DNA of 32,664 bases from Saprolegnia diclina VS20 (Eukaryota), in contig NW_008246108.1 of NCBI RefSeq assembly GCF_000281045.1, positions 97,575-130,238 on the forward strand. The letters are read 5' to 3'. Positions within the stretch are counted from its first letter, which is position 1; every line of letters begins with the position of its first letter. Positions 1 through 10,611 of the stretch are shown here, one piece after another. The translations under genes and the position numbers were made by a program. Under the pieces are notes generated by a model. The model was not told where the DNA came from. It made no database searches and saw nothing but the letters and a program-made list of their open reading frames with translations.

Positions 1-64
1 ATGGCTGCCGTTGGCGGCGCCATCATGATCCCAACTCCCCAAGTGCTAGTGGCGCTATACTTAG

Positions 65-116
65 CCAATTCTGGATGACGATCGCACGCGTCTCACTGCA
101 ATTTCAATTCCATTTC
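65..116 (+). promoter_or_regulatory. CCAAT box (65-69) plus oomycete Inr/FPR-like core promoter (CTCACTGCAATTT, 92-104)
   Basis: Resembles the oomycete TCAYTY...CAWTTT core promoter and sits just upstream of ATG 123. Confidence 0.45.
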
Positions 117-122
117 GAAGCC

Positions 123-593
123 ATGGAAGGCTACCTGCTGGTCTTTGACGATCCGTACTCGATCACAAAGGCAGCCAACATTCGGTACCTCGTGCTCACT
201 GAGGGCACTCTGTCGCTGTACACCCCACCGCCGTCCAAGGCCCACGTGCGGTCCATCTCCCTCTCACAGCGCCGCCTCCAGCTGGTTGCGATGCCCCATT
301 TACATCTCTTTCGGCTGACGATGGACGGCGACGCGGCGCCGCTCCTGTGTCTTGCGAGCTCCAAGGCGTTTATGGACCTCTGGTGCCTCCATTTGCAGAA
401 TTGGAACCGGTTTTGCTTTCACACGCCGGTCGCCTGCGGAGTCGACGACGCCGAGCGCGACAAGCTCCGGGACGCGTGGACCAACCACTTGCTTTGCGAA
501 GAAAAGAGCTTTGTCCGCGACCAGTTGCGCGGCGGCGTAGCGCCCAAACCGTCGTTTCTCCAGCGTTTACGGTCACCGGCTGCGTGGCTCTAG
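123..593 (+). CDS. Pleckstrin-homology (PH)-like domain protein, intronless, about 156 aa
   Basis: MEGYLLV...RYLVLTEGTLSLY...F-x-L...LCLASSKAFMDLWCLHLQ follows the PH beta1/beta2/beta3 pattern and the C-terminal helix with its conserved Trp. ATG 123 is preferred over ATG 75 because an Inr-like element lies at 92-104. Confidence 0.75.
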   Translation: MEGYLLVFDDPYSITKAANIRYLVLTEGTLSLYTPPPSKAHVRSISLSQRRLQLVAMPHLHLFRLTMDGDAAPLLCLASSKAFMDLWCLHLQNWNRFCFHTPVACGVDDAERDKLRDAWTNHLLCEEKSFVRDQLRGGVAPKPSFLQRLRSPAAWL

Positions 594-2619
594 CGTCGTT
601 GTAAGGACACGGCGACGACGTCGAACCATCCATTTGAAAGTGTCGGGCGCGTAGGATCGCGGGCGTTGACGGTATGCTCCAACGGCATCCGAGACGATGA
701 CGACACGTGCGAAGGCCCCGTCGGCGGCAGCAGATTTTGGAACGACGTAGAGAAGACAGCGCGTCGATGTGTGGACCGTCCAGGGACCAGGTCCTAACCA
801 GATAGTCAAAGGCCTTACTTCTGATGCGCTTCAATCAGATTCTGGTGCGGTAGAAACGAGCACTTCAACGCAGTTGGCGCGAGTCGAGTGGAGGATGCCC
901 CGGAAATGACCGAGCCAGCAAAACGCAAGCGGGAGCGATCAAGCCGATGCGAATAGCACAACACACGATTACACAACCCTTCCGGACCGGACAGGCGGTG
1001 TTTATGCAACCCGGACGCGCACCCGGTCCGGTCCCGGTCGCTACAATTGCGCGACGCCGACCCATCCATCTGTCAGTAGCCGCGCCATATCCACTACCTT
1101 GCTTGATCAGCGAGGGATCGGCCGGGAGGTAGACGCAAACACTGCACAGCACCCAGTAGACAGCTCGAGACAAGGCCTTCCCACACGCGTCGATGCGTGC
1201 GGCGCAATTGACAGATCAAAACAGGCTTGTCGGTCCAGTGGCGTCGTGTCGCGCACGTTTCGCTGCGTCAACGCCAGTATAGCCAGTGTACGTGGCTTTT
1301 CTCACGGCGACGACGGTTCAGGACGACGACGCTGCGTGCTTCACGCCTTGCTTTCGCTATCGCGACATCCCGCAAAGAAACAGGGCCCGTTGCTTGCTCG
1401 GCGTGGGAGATACGAAGAACACGCCGCAGGAGGTGCCACGTCATGGGCAAAACCTAGGTTTGTCCCAGTTTGCCGTTCTGATTTATGATGCGCTTTTTAT
1501 GCGAACATGCAAGAACGTTCTTTGCGTTCTTTGGCTCGCATGGCCGCTCACCTCGGCAAGTAGGCGGTCGTGCACGGTGTCGGCGGGGCCTGGCGCCAAT
1601 GGTTTCTCACAGAGGCACCTCGTCACGGGGTGACGGAACGCGGGGATTTCGTAGGCGGACCAGAAAGTTGCGGGCAATCAGCCCACAACCGTGTGATTCG
1701 CACCCGCCGACGCATATTACTGTAGCGTGGACGCTCTGTATAGACGCATGTATCGACGGCGGTCGGCACGCTGCGGACAATTTCTAAGATTCGGCATGAC
1801 GCGTCGCATGTTATGGTGCGTCATGCTTTCAATTTAGCGCGCGCACGTTTCAATTCGCCTAAACAAGTAGCCTCGGTGTCCGTCGCTTTGGCACTTCAAC
1901 GCTACCCACCCCAGGACAAGGACGCGCAACGAACCAAGCTTCTTCGACGCCACCTGCGGCCTCGAATCGTCTTCCTCCCGTACAAAAAAGTGCGCGCTTT
2001 GGCACGCTCGCAGCGTGCAATCTCCACCCAAACACAAAACCCCGCAGTCTACAAACGCTGACTAGCGTATCTACAGTACTTGTAGCATTGGATCATGTAC
2101 AGTATTCTCGCCTCAAACCGCCAACTAAACCGGTGTCCGTTGCCCCAAGCAGCAGCCGTTAAGAGAATGGCGTTATCGTGCGACCAACCTTCTACGCCGG
2201 CGAGCTCGTGTCGTGGCAACTGCGTCGACGATGGCTGCAAAGGCGACGTTGAGTAAAACAATACGTCGCGTCGTTGTCGTTGTCGTCGTTGCTGCAACGG
2301 GTGCATCGGGGCACCGATGTTCGCGCGTTCTTGCCGGTGCACAGATGAGCGACGAGGCGTGTACTGATTAAGCGAATGTCACGTGAACGGGCGCCGTGTC
2401 CCACGCTCCCATGGCGCCTTTGTATACTTAGTTGTGTGTCGCAGTGCTGCGTCAACAGCGTGCAGTGGACCTCGTGACGTCACCGCGTCATTTGTCAACC
2501 TTGCTTGGGAGTGGCGGAAAAGTAGAAAGTGAATGGGGATTGGTCGATCACGCTGTGGCACGCTTTGATTGGATAAAATGGCCAACGGCAATGTTGGTCG
2601 TTGAGCCAAGCCAGCCGCG

Positions 2620-2646
2620 GCTCATGTTTCCATTTCCCCATTTCCA
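2620..2646 (+). promoter_or_regulatory. Oomycete Inr/FPR-like core promoter GCTCATGTTTCCATTT
   Basis: Near match to the GCTCATTYYNCAWTTT consensus about 45 nt upstream of ATG 2667. Reverse CCAAT (ATTGG) boxes lie at about 2539 and 2568. Confidence 0.55.
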
Positions 2647-2666
2647 TTCGACTAAGAACTACTACG

Positions 2667-3479
2667 ATGACCGTCGAGCAGCCCGAAGCCCAGCAGCACC
2701 TTGCGTCGCTCCAGACGTCGGTCGAGGGCGGTATCCAGGAGACGCAGACGTACCTCGAGAACCTCAAGAAGCAGCTCATGGCCTACGACGCCGAGTACAA
2801 GGTGAGCGAGACGGCCACGGGCTACCTCCAGACCGCGATCGAGTCGGCCAACCACGCCGTTGACGAGCTCAAGAAGTCGGCCGAGACGCTGCGCTCGACG
2901 ACCTTGTCGGCCGCGCAGAAGCCCGTGTCGCTCGTGCAGACGGCGCTCGTCCAGGTCACGGACTCGCTCGCGACCATCAAGGACCAGGCCGCGGTGTACG
3001 ACGCCAAGTTCAAGACGGCGGTCGGCGAGGCCAAGACGGGCGTCGAAAACTTGACGCTCGCCACGCGCCAGCGCACGACGGACGCCATCCACACGGCCAG
3101 CGAGCACGCGCACGAGCTCCAGGTGCAGCTCAGCGCCAAGGCGGCCGGCGTGAGCCAGTCGGCCATTGCCTACGCCGGCGGCGTGGTGCAGACGGTCGAG
3201 GCCTACGACCAGTACTACAACCTCTCGGCCACGCTCCACGAAAAGGTGCAGCTCGCGACCGAGAAGGCCAAGGAGCTCGACGACCAGTACCAGGTCACGC
3301 AGAAGGCCTTTGACGTGGACGCCAAGGTCACGGGCGGCCTCGGTGCGCGCGCGATCCAGAAGGGCACGGACATGGTCTCGTCCTCGGTCGCGTACCTCCA
3401 GGAGAAGATCCAGTACGCCAAGGACGTGCACAACAACAGCGAGAACGCGTCGCCGGCCTCGCCCGTGGCCTCGGAATAA
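2667..3479 (+). CDS. Intronless alpha-helical protein (270 aa) with repeated (Y/L)D-x2-(Y/F)-x-V(S/T) motifs; apolipoprotein/LEA/perilipin-like composition, function unknown
   Basis: Long ORF with extreme C/G-ending codon bias and an A/T/Q/E/K/V-rich sequence lacking Cys and Trp. It has an upstream Inr/FPR element and a T-rich 3' UTR. Confidence 0.85.
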   Translation: MTVEQPEAQQHLASLQTSVEGGIQETQTYLENLKKQLMAYDAEYKVSETATGYLQTAIESANHAVDELKKSAETLRSTTLSAAQKPVSLVQTALVQVTDSLATIKDQAAVYDAKFKTAVGEAKTGVENLTLATRQRTTDAIHTASEHAHELQVQLSAKAAGVSQSAIAYAGGVVQTVEAYDQYYNLSATLHEKVQLATEKAKELDDQYQVTQKAFDVDAKVTGGLGARAIQKGTDMVSSSVAYLQEKIQYAKDVHNNSENASPASPVASE

Positions 3480-3978
3480 GCGGGTCGGCCATCGTTTTTA
3501 TGTGTTTTGTCTATCTATGAATTCAGACCCTCCTCATTTACTCGATTTGTGTTGAGATTCGATTTCAGATTCGTCTGTGGCAGCTGCATCCAACGGCAAA
3601 GTCGAAGTGCAATCTCATGGCCATGGGTGCCAAAGCGAGTAGCTACCCCATCCACAGCATGGCGCCAGCGTCGGCGACCGCATGCACCTGGTTCTTCAAT
3701 CGACCACCGTAGTGGGACAGACCACGCGTGCTTCTCCCAGCAAGCCGGGCGACGATGCTTCGATGGCCTGTCGCCCACCTGATCTGCCGCATCATCGTAG
3801 TACTGCACCTGGGAAGAACGACCGTTGGCAGGCTCCCGCTGACCACGACGCCGATGGCAACGTACCGTTGCCGTGCTTGGACCAGAAAGGCACCGCCCAG
3901 ATCTCGCCAGAGCTCGAGACGAGCCAGACTCCCAACATAAGAGCGAAACAAAGTCGAGTCGACTTCAAACCGATCGGA

Positions 3979-4049
3979 GTGGCAGTTGCGCTTGGCTGCG
4001 TGCGTCGGTGGCAGTTGCCGTTGGCTGCGTCCGTCGGTGGCAGTTGCCG
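3979..4049. repeat. 29-bp tandem repeat, about 2.4 copies (GTGGCAGTTGCCGTTGGCTGCGTCCGTCG)
   Basis: Units at 3979-4007, 4008-4036 and a partial unit at 4037-4049, with few mismatches. Confidence 0.85.
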
Positions 4050-4453
4050 CAACGACGTGCGCGACGGCGACCAAGCATGATCATCCGGTTGGGCCAATAT
4101 TTGGGCCATTTCTGGTGCCATTGTATACCACCACACAACACTGCGTCGGGTCATCCACTGTGGCGACGACGGCCCTCGGTGTTCCTGCTACAGCGACGAA
4201 GAGGAACCTTCGACAAGAGAGCCCGCTGGAGGTACCGGGCAGGTGCTGCACTCCTCCTTCTCCATTCAGATGCGATACGAACGTGGCAGAGCCTGTATGT
4301 TGAAGTCCCTTGAAGCACTCGGGTACCTCGTGCTCTGTGGCCACGGTGGCTACACGATGACACTGATCGCTCCATGGACAACGACTGTGTCCTGTTAAGC
4401 CAAATTACTAAGCTAACCATCAACCCGACTTTCGATGTTGCATAAGTGAGATG

Positions 4454-6086
4454 TTAGTTGTGCAAGGTATACCGCGCCGGTGTCTCTTCGACCAAGAGGT
4501 TCTCGCAGTGCCACGCGCTTGCGTTCATGGCGTCGAGATAGGAGCGGCGCTGCGCCGACGCTGTCGCGTAGCTGGCGTGGAGCATTGGTGTCGTATGAGC
4601 GCCGGGCGTCGCTTCGTACAAATTCTGGAAGAGCCGGGCGTGGAGGTGCGCGGCCAACACCTCGTCCGAGGTCGCCGACGCCTCCATGAGCAAGTGGACG
4701 GTCGCATGGGACGTCGTCGCATCGACGTCGACGTGCAAGAGGTACTTCTCGCCTGGCCAAATGACCGTCGACGGCGTGTACACGGCGTCGAGGCGGGACG
4801 CCACGTCGAGATGCGAGTGCTGCAGATGGCACGCCTTGCCCGAGAGCAAGTTGGAGACGAACCGCTCCTGCTGGCTCACAACGTCCGGCGTCGGGATCGC
4901 TGCATTCGCAATGAACGCATCGAGGATGTGGTTCAACCGCTACAACAATGAAGTTTGAGATGCTTTTGAGATGGTTTTGATATGGTTTTGAGATAATATT
5001 GAGATGATGGGGTACCTGCTGGTTGAGGGTGCGTAGGGAGACGACGCGGAGGCTGTTGTAGAGCGACCAGAGGTTGATGGACGAGAGCACAAAGAAGGCG
5101 CCGGCCACGTGCGACGTGGTCGTACCGATGATGGGCGAGATCGCAATGCCAAGCGCCGTGCCTACGTGAGCTGTTTGAAAATGCTCGAAAAAGCGTGACG
5201 CACCGAGGATCGAAGACGCGATCGATTGCGACCCGGCCTTGGCGGTGATGTCGGCGAGGTTCTCGGTCTTGGCGAACGAGTAGTGAAAGCCGGCGCGGGT
5301 CGCGCTGGCCGAGAGCCACGAGATGTTCTTGGCGACCTATGAAGCGCATTCCTTAGGTAAACGCATGGGACGACGACGTACATTGGCCATGGCTGCCATC
5401 GGCAAAAAGTAGGCGGGGCAGAGTGGCGTGAGGATCTCAGTGAGCGTCGCAGCATCCATGGCAAGCGCCGAGACGACGCGCCAGCGCTACGTACAGGGTC
5501 GTTGATTGCAGCTGACTGTTCTTGCAATGCACTACGTACCTTGGGGTCCGAGTCGAAGCGGTGGTTGACCAGACTCGCGAAAAGGACACCGCCGAATTGC
5601 CCGAGGCCGTCCTTGATGACCTAGCCATGCGCGTTGCCTTCTATAATGCACATACGGTCGAGGACGTACCCAGTTCAAGGCCGCGGCCATCGGGATCGCG
5701 CCACTTTGGAGCCCGATCGCGTACAGCAGTGACTGCATCGAGAGCACGCCGCACGCCGTGCCAGCGACGCTGCCGACAAACTGCCACTTGGCGTATGGCA
5801 AATAGTCGTGCGTCGTCGACGTTTTGTAGTCGCGCGGCAAAAAGAGGTCTTCGAGGTAGTGCGGAAGCTGCTGCGCGCGGCGAAGGACGTCCGTGGTCGG
5901 CGAGCCCGGCGGCGGCAACTGCAGGTGGAGCTGCTTGGCATCACCGAGCGCGATAAAGTCGAGCTGCTTGTGGCCGACCTTCTGCGAAGCGACGAGGCAG
6001 CCGTCACGTGGCGGCGCGGCGCTGCAGAAGGCGCGGGCGAGCGGCCATGGCGCTGCCAGTCGTCGGCTTGGTCTGCACCGCAGCAT
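4454..6086 (-). CDS. RUS1: RUS family (root UVB sensitive / DUF647) protein, 6 exons, probable N-terminal mitochondrial targeting peptide
   Basis: Spliced translation gives family motifs: FLPRDYKTSTTHDYLPYAKWQ, GVLSMQSLLYAIGL, AAALNW|VIKDGLGQFGGVLFASLVNHRFDSDPK|RWR, AN|VAKNISWLSASATRAGFHYSFAKTENLADITAKAGSQ and VSLRTLNQQ|RL. The N-terminus MLRCRPSRRLAAPWPLARAFCS is Arg-rich with no acidic residues. Confidence 0.9.
4954..5008. repeat. 11-bp minisatellite (TTTGAGATGGT consensus) x5 inside the last RUS intron (4940-5015)
   Basis: Units are tttgagatgct / tttgagatggt / tttgatatggt / tttgagataat / attgagatgat. Confidence 0.85.
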
Positions 6087-7316
6087 GCTCGGGACCAGAT
6101 GATGCCCATGGCCGTGCCACTTCTCGTATCCGGACAAAGATCGGCGTGGACGGCAACGCGTATCCGGATTTTGGATCATACAAGGTGCCAGTGTATGAGC
6201 TGGCAGTCCCACAGGCCGTTGCTTGCCACTGAGCTGGCGGGCGCGATACCAGGCGCAGGATCAATGGACGACGATGTGTAGACCGTCGCGTCAGGCACAA
6301 ACCGTAGTCGCCGACGACTATAACCGAAATAGGGCAAACCAGCGCTGCACAGTGCGCTGCGAGTGCTGATGGCCTCACAACAAGCAATCACCACGAGTGT
6401 CTTCACCTCGGATGCCAATCTAGTCTCAACGACAGACTTGCGTCTACTAGCTACACCCGTGTGTTATCGAGCCTATTTTGAAAGATTGAAACTATCGTCG
6501 GCCCCAGATCACGCCACGTTTGCGCGGCGAAGATTGCTGTGGCCGAGGTACCGTCGACCCTGCGCTCTGCTGACGTACCCGAAGGCGCTCGTTGACGTAG
6601 CACATTGAGCTGCGCAGTGTATCGTCGTGCTTATAACAAAAGAAGGTTCGGGGTACGGTCCCTCGCTGCCAACCAAAGCGAATCAACGTCCATCCAGCGA
6701 CATCAATGACTACATTCACGAGGCTGCTGCCGCGCTCGCTATCATCCCAGCCCCACTCCATCACCCGTCAAGCGGCCCAAGGCTATCCTAACGTTAGTGT
6801 AGTACACGTCGTCGCCATGGTGGCGCTCGACACCTGAGAGCCAAACAACGAGGTCCACGACACGAGTAGCGCTGCGCTTCCATCCCGTTCCATCGTCTTA
6901 TCTAGTTAGATCGCTTCATTGCCAAGACACGGCAGGTAGAAAGACATGGCCGGCCTTTCGCTGGCTTCGCCGTTTGGTAAACCAAGGATGCGGCATCGAC
7001 TGCGCGTCGGTCGGCAACATAGCATCATAGCCCAGGATGATCACTATTCCAGCTGCCATGCGTCTACCGGGCGCTCTGTCCGTAGCCGCCAGCGCTTTGT
7101 TGCTCACACGAGACCCTTGGCGTGGGGCTGATCGGGTCCGCGGACGTCCGCCCGTCGGCGCCAGATGGCGCTGCAGCACGTGCCAGGAGCCGATCCGGAG
7201 TCATATTTTAATCGTTTTGAAATTTAAATACTTGGTGTTTGTATGCAGGTTGCACTTGTGTATTTAAAAATATCGGCAGAAAGGCCATCTCAACAATCAT
7301 TTTGCTAAAGTCCCAA

Positions 7317-8833
7317 ATGAGTGCACTGACGCCAGCCCAGCTCAAGACGCCGGTCCCGAGCGACATTGAGATCAGCGATGCGACGACGCCCGTCCACATC
7401 CGGGAGATTGCGACGGCCGCCGGCCTCGTACGCTGCCCTCTTCTTCTTCACGTCTTACCGGCTCGAATAGCTCGAAGATGAAATCTACTTCTACGGCAAG
7501 ACCAAGGCCAAGGTAGCTCTCGCGGTGCGCGACCGCCTGAGCCACGTCGAGCACGGCGCCTATGTCGTCGTCACGGGCATCACGCCGACGCCGCTCGGCG
7601 AGGGCAAGAGCACGACCACGATTGGGTACGTCCCTCGGCCATGACAACCACGTCCAACAGCATGTAGCCTCGCCCAGGCGCTCGGCGCGCACCTGAAGAA
7701 GAAGTCGTTTGCGTGCATTCGCCAGGTACCGCTAACCTCATAGCTTGACTGTTGCTGACGGCGTTGGTCGCGTAGCCGTCGCAAGGCCCGACCTTCGGCA
7801 TCAAGGTGCGCCTACATCCCGGGAGCGTGCTCATCGATGGGCGTGTAGGGTGGCGCCGCTGGCGGTGGCTACGCCCAAGTCGTGCCCATGGACGAGTTCA
7901 ACTTGTACGTCGACTGCTCCTCGACACTTGGACCGACGCGGCGTCTGTAGGCACATGACGGGCGACATCCACGCGATCACGGCGGCCAACAACCTCGTAC
8001 GTCGAGACCTACGCGCCGGAGACTCATACGCCGACGGTAGCTGTCGGCGGCCATTGACGCGCGCATGTTCCACGAGTCGACGCAGAAGGACAAGGTCGCT
8101 CGCCGTCGCCGCGGGCCCAGATGCTCACAACATGCCATGTCGTAGGCGCTCTTCAACCGTCTCTGCCCGGCCAAGAAGGACGGGTCCCGCGTCTTTGCGC
8201 CCGTGATGCTGCGCCGCCTTCGCAAGCTCGGGATCACCAAGACCAACCCGTCCGAGCTCACGGACGACGAGATCAGTCGCTTTGCCCGCCTCGACATTGA
8301 CCCCGCGACGCTTACGTGGTAGACGCTCCTGCCCTCCTAGCGGTGCAGATATCAACAAACTTTGTAGGAATCGCGTGTTGGATACCTGCGACCGCTTCCT
8401 CCGTGGCATCACGATCGGGAAAGCGCCGACTGAGAAGGGCCATGAACGCGAAACCGGCTTTGACATTACGGTACTTTAGTCGCTGTCCTAGCTATCTTGC
8501 GATGACAATATTATACAGGTTGCGAGCGAGATCATGGCGGTCTTGGCGCTGGCCACGAGCCTCGATGACATGCGCGAGCGTCTCGGCCGCATGGTAGACC
8601 CTCTGCACGATTGCTTCGAAAGGAAGATGACGTTGAATCGTTGACATTATTAGGTGGTGGGCATGAGTCGCAAGGGCGACCCGGTCACGGCCGACGACCT
8701 CGGTGTCGGTGGTGCGCTCACCGCGCTCATGAAGGACGCCATCATGCCGTACGGAGCTGCGTTGTTTGCGGGTGCTTGATGTTGGCGTAGGACCCTCATG
8801 CAAACGGTGGAGCAGACGCCGGTGCTCGTGCAC

Positions 8834-8868
<35 letters not shown>

Positions 8869-9959
8869 GTCGATCATTGCCGACCAGATCGCGCTCAAGC
8901 TCGTGGGGCGTGACGGCGTCGTCGTCACCGAAGCCGGGTTTGGCGCGGATATTGGCATGGAAAAGTTCTTTGACATCAAGTGCCGCTACTCGGGCCTGCG
9001 CCCGCAGTGCGTCGTGCTTGTCGCGACCGTGCGGGCGCTCAAGATGCACGGTGGCGGCCCCACGGTCACGGCCGGCAAGCCGGTACGTCATTTTTCATTT
9101 TCATTTTCATTTTCATTTTGGATTTTATGATGATTTATGCTTGACTTTCTAGTTGGACGCGGTGTACGTCGATGAAAACCTTGCGCTTGTCACTGCCGGC
9201 TGCGACAACATGATGCAGCACATCCGCAACGCAGTACGATATATTGTCTCTAGTCGTTTTTGACTAAACTATGGATGTAGCGCAAGTTTGGTGTCTCGGT
9301 CGTCGTGTCGGTCAACCGGTTCGCGACCGACTCGGACAAAGAAATCGCAATCGTGTGCGCCAAGGCCGTCGAGGCCGGTGCGCTCGCCGCCGTCGAGTGC
9401 AACCACTGGTACACAGTTCGATCCCGGCAACGGCATTTGCTAATAAAGCGAATATTGTAGGGCCCTCGGGGGGCGGGGGGCGGTCGAGCTCGCCGAGGCC
9501 GTCGTCAAGGCCTGCGCGTCGCCCACCAACAACTTTAAGTTTTTGTACCCACTCGAAGCCTCGATCGAGGAGAAGGCGCGCGCCGTATGCCAAAAGATCT
9601 ATGGCGCCGACGACGTCATCTTCTCGGACCTCGCCAAGGCCAAGCTCGAGGTGTTTACCAAGTGCGGCTATAGCCACTTCCCCATCTGTATGGCCAAGAC
9701 GCACCTCAGCTTTAGCACGGACCCGACCAAGAAGAACGTGCCGACCGGGTATGCCACGAAATTTGGCTTCATATTAGCTGCAATTCAGAGAATCTGTAGG
9801 TTTTCGGTCACGATCCGCGATATTCGCGCGTCGGTGGGCGCTGGGTTCCTCTATCTGCTCTGCGGCGACATCATGACGGTGCCGGGGCTCCCGACGCGCC
9901 CGGGCTTTTATGACATTGACGTTGATACGACGTCTGGCAAGATCATTGGGCTCTTCTAA
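7317..9959 (+). CDS. FTHFS: Formate--tetrahydrofolate ligase (10-formyl-THF synthetase), monofunctional, 16 exons / 15 introns
   Basis: The spliced frame is continuous and contains the signature motifs [126 protein letters not shown] and C-terminal [10 protein letters not shown]...GLF. Confidence 0.97.
9088..9119. repeat. (TCATTT)n microsatellite, about 5 copies, within FTHFS intron 12 (9083-9152)
   Basis: tcatttttcattttcattttcattttcatttt is read directly from the sequence. Confidence 0.9.
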
Positions 9960-10611
9960 GGCAGATGGCCGTCGTCAACCGTAACAAAGAGACGTTGACA
10001 GAGTGGTTTCATTCGTGTTGACGTCATTGTGACACCTGGTTCCGCGTGCATTGTTGGCATTGATGTATACCTTGCGCGTCCTTTGATGCGACGAGATGCA
10101 CCGTTCCCGAACTGGTACCGACGCCGGTGCCACGAAGCGCTCGTTGGCACGATACGTGGTGCGACCAGCAACGACAAGCGACGATTGCAGGCCTTGGGAA
10201 CAAACTCATGGCGCTAGAGTCGAGCGCCGAGCGTCGCGAGTTTGGCCTCGAGGTCCGTGCCTTGGTCTTGTTTCTTTGCCCAATTCTCCTTTCTTAATTG
10301 TCATTTATATCGTCTTTTAGAGCACTACTCTCTTCGCATAGTCGTCGCTTCTTCGGCTGCAAAAGAACCCGTGTATACATCCTGCATGAACGCCTACACT
10401 GGGCGTCGGCTGGTTCAACAACGGGACTAGAGTAGCCGCGTGCTTCTGCTTCTCCTTTGAGCTTCATGCACGGGTGGCTTGCTCTGCCGGTCAGCGTCCC
10501 ATTCTAGTCCACCGACTGCCCATTGGTCTCTCATTTACCCTACCCTCATTTTGAAACGCCAAGACGACCCACCATCAACTAGTGACAATAACGACAAAAC
10601 CACATTTCATT

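Noticed and set aside
2652..3431. 259-aa antisense ORF overlapping the helical-protein gene
   Set aside because: Shadow ORF produced by the strong C/G third-position bias of the sense gene; the V/L/R/G-rich translation has no independent support.
3979..4049. 29-bp repeats as a possible CRISPR-like array
   Set aside because: Units are directly adjacent with no spacers, there are only about 2.4 copies, and the context is eukaryotic with no cas genes.
3600..4420. Several 100-146 aa ORFs and one intron-like segment (about 4232-4269) between the helical-protein gene and RUS
   Set aside because: No coherent spliced model, no recognisable domain and no host-like codon bias.
9416..9430. GTTCGATCCCGG resembling a tRNA T-loop / B-box
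   Set aside because: Lies in a roughly 52-nt FTHFS intron with no acceptor stem, D-arm or anticodon arm.
9461..9483. G-run (GGGGGGCGGGGGG) suspected as a frameshift or G-quadruplex
   Set aside because: The spliced frame reads cleanly as [12 protein letters not shown], the expected FTHFS segment.
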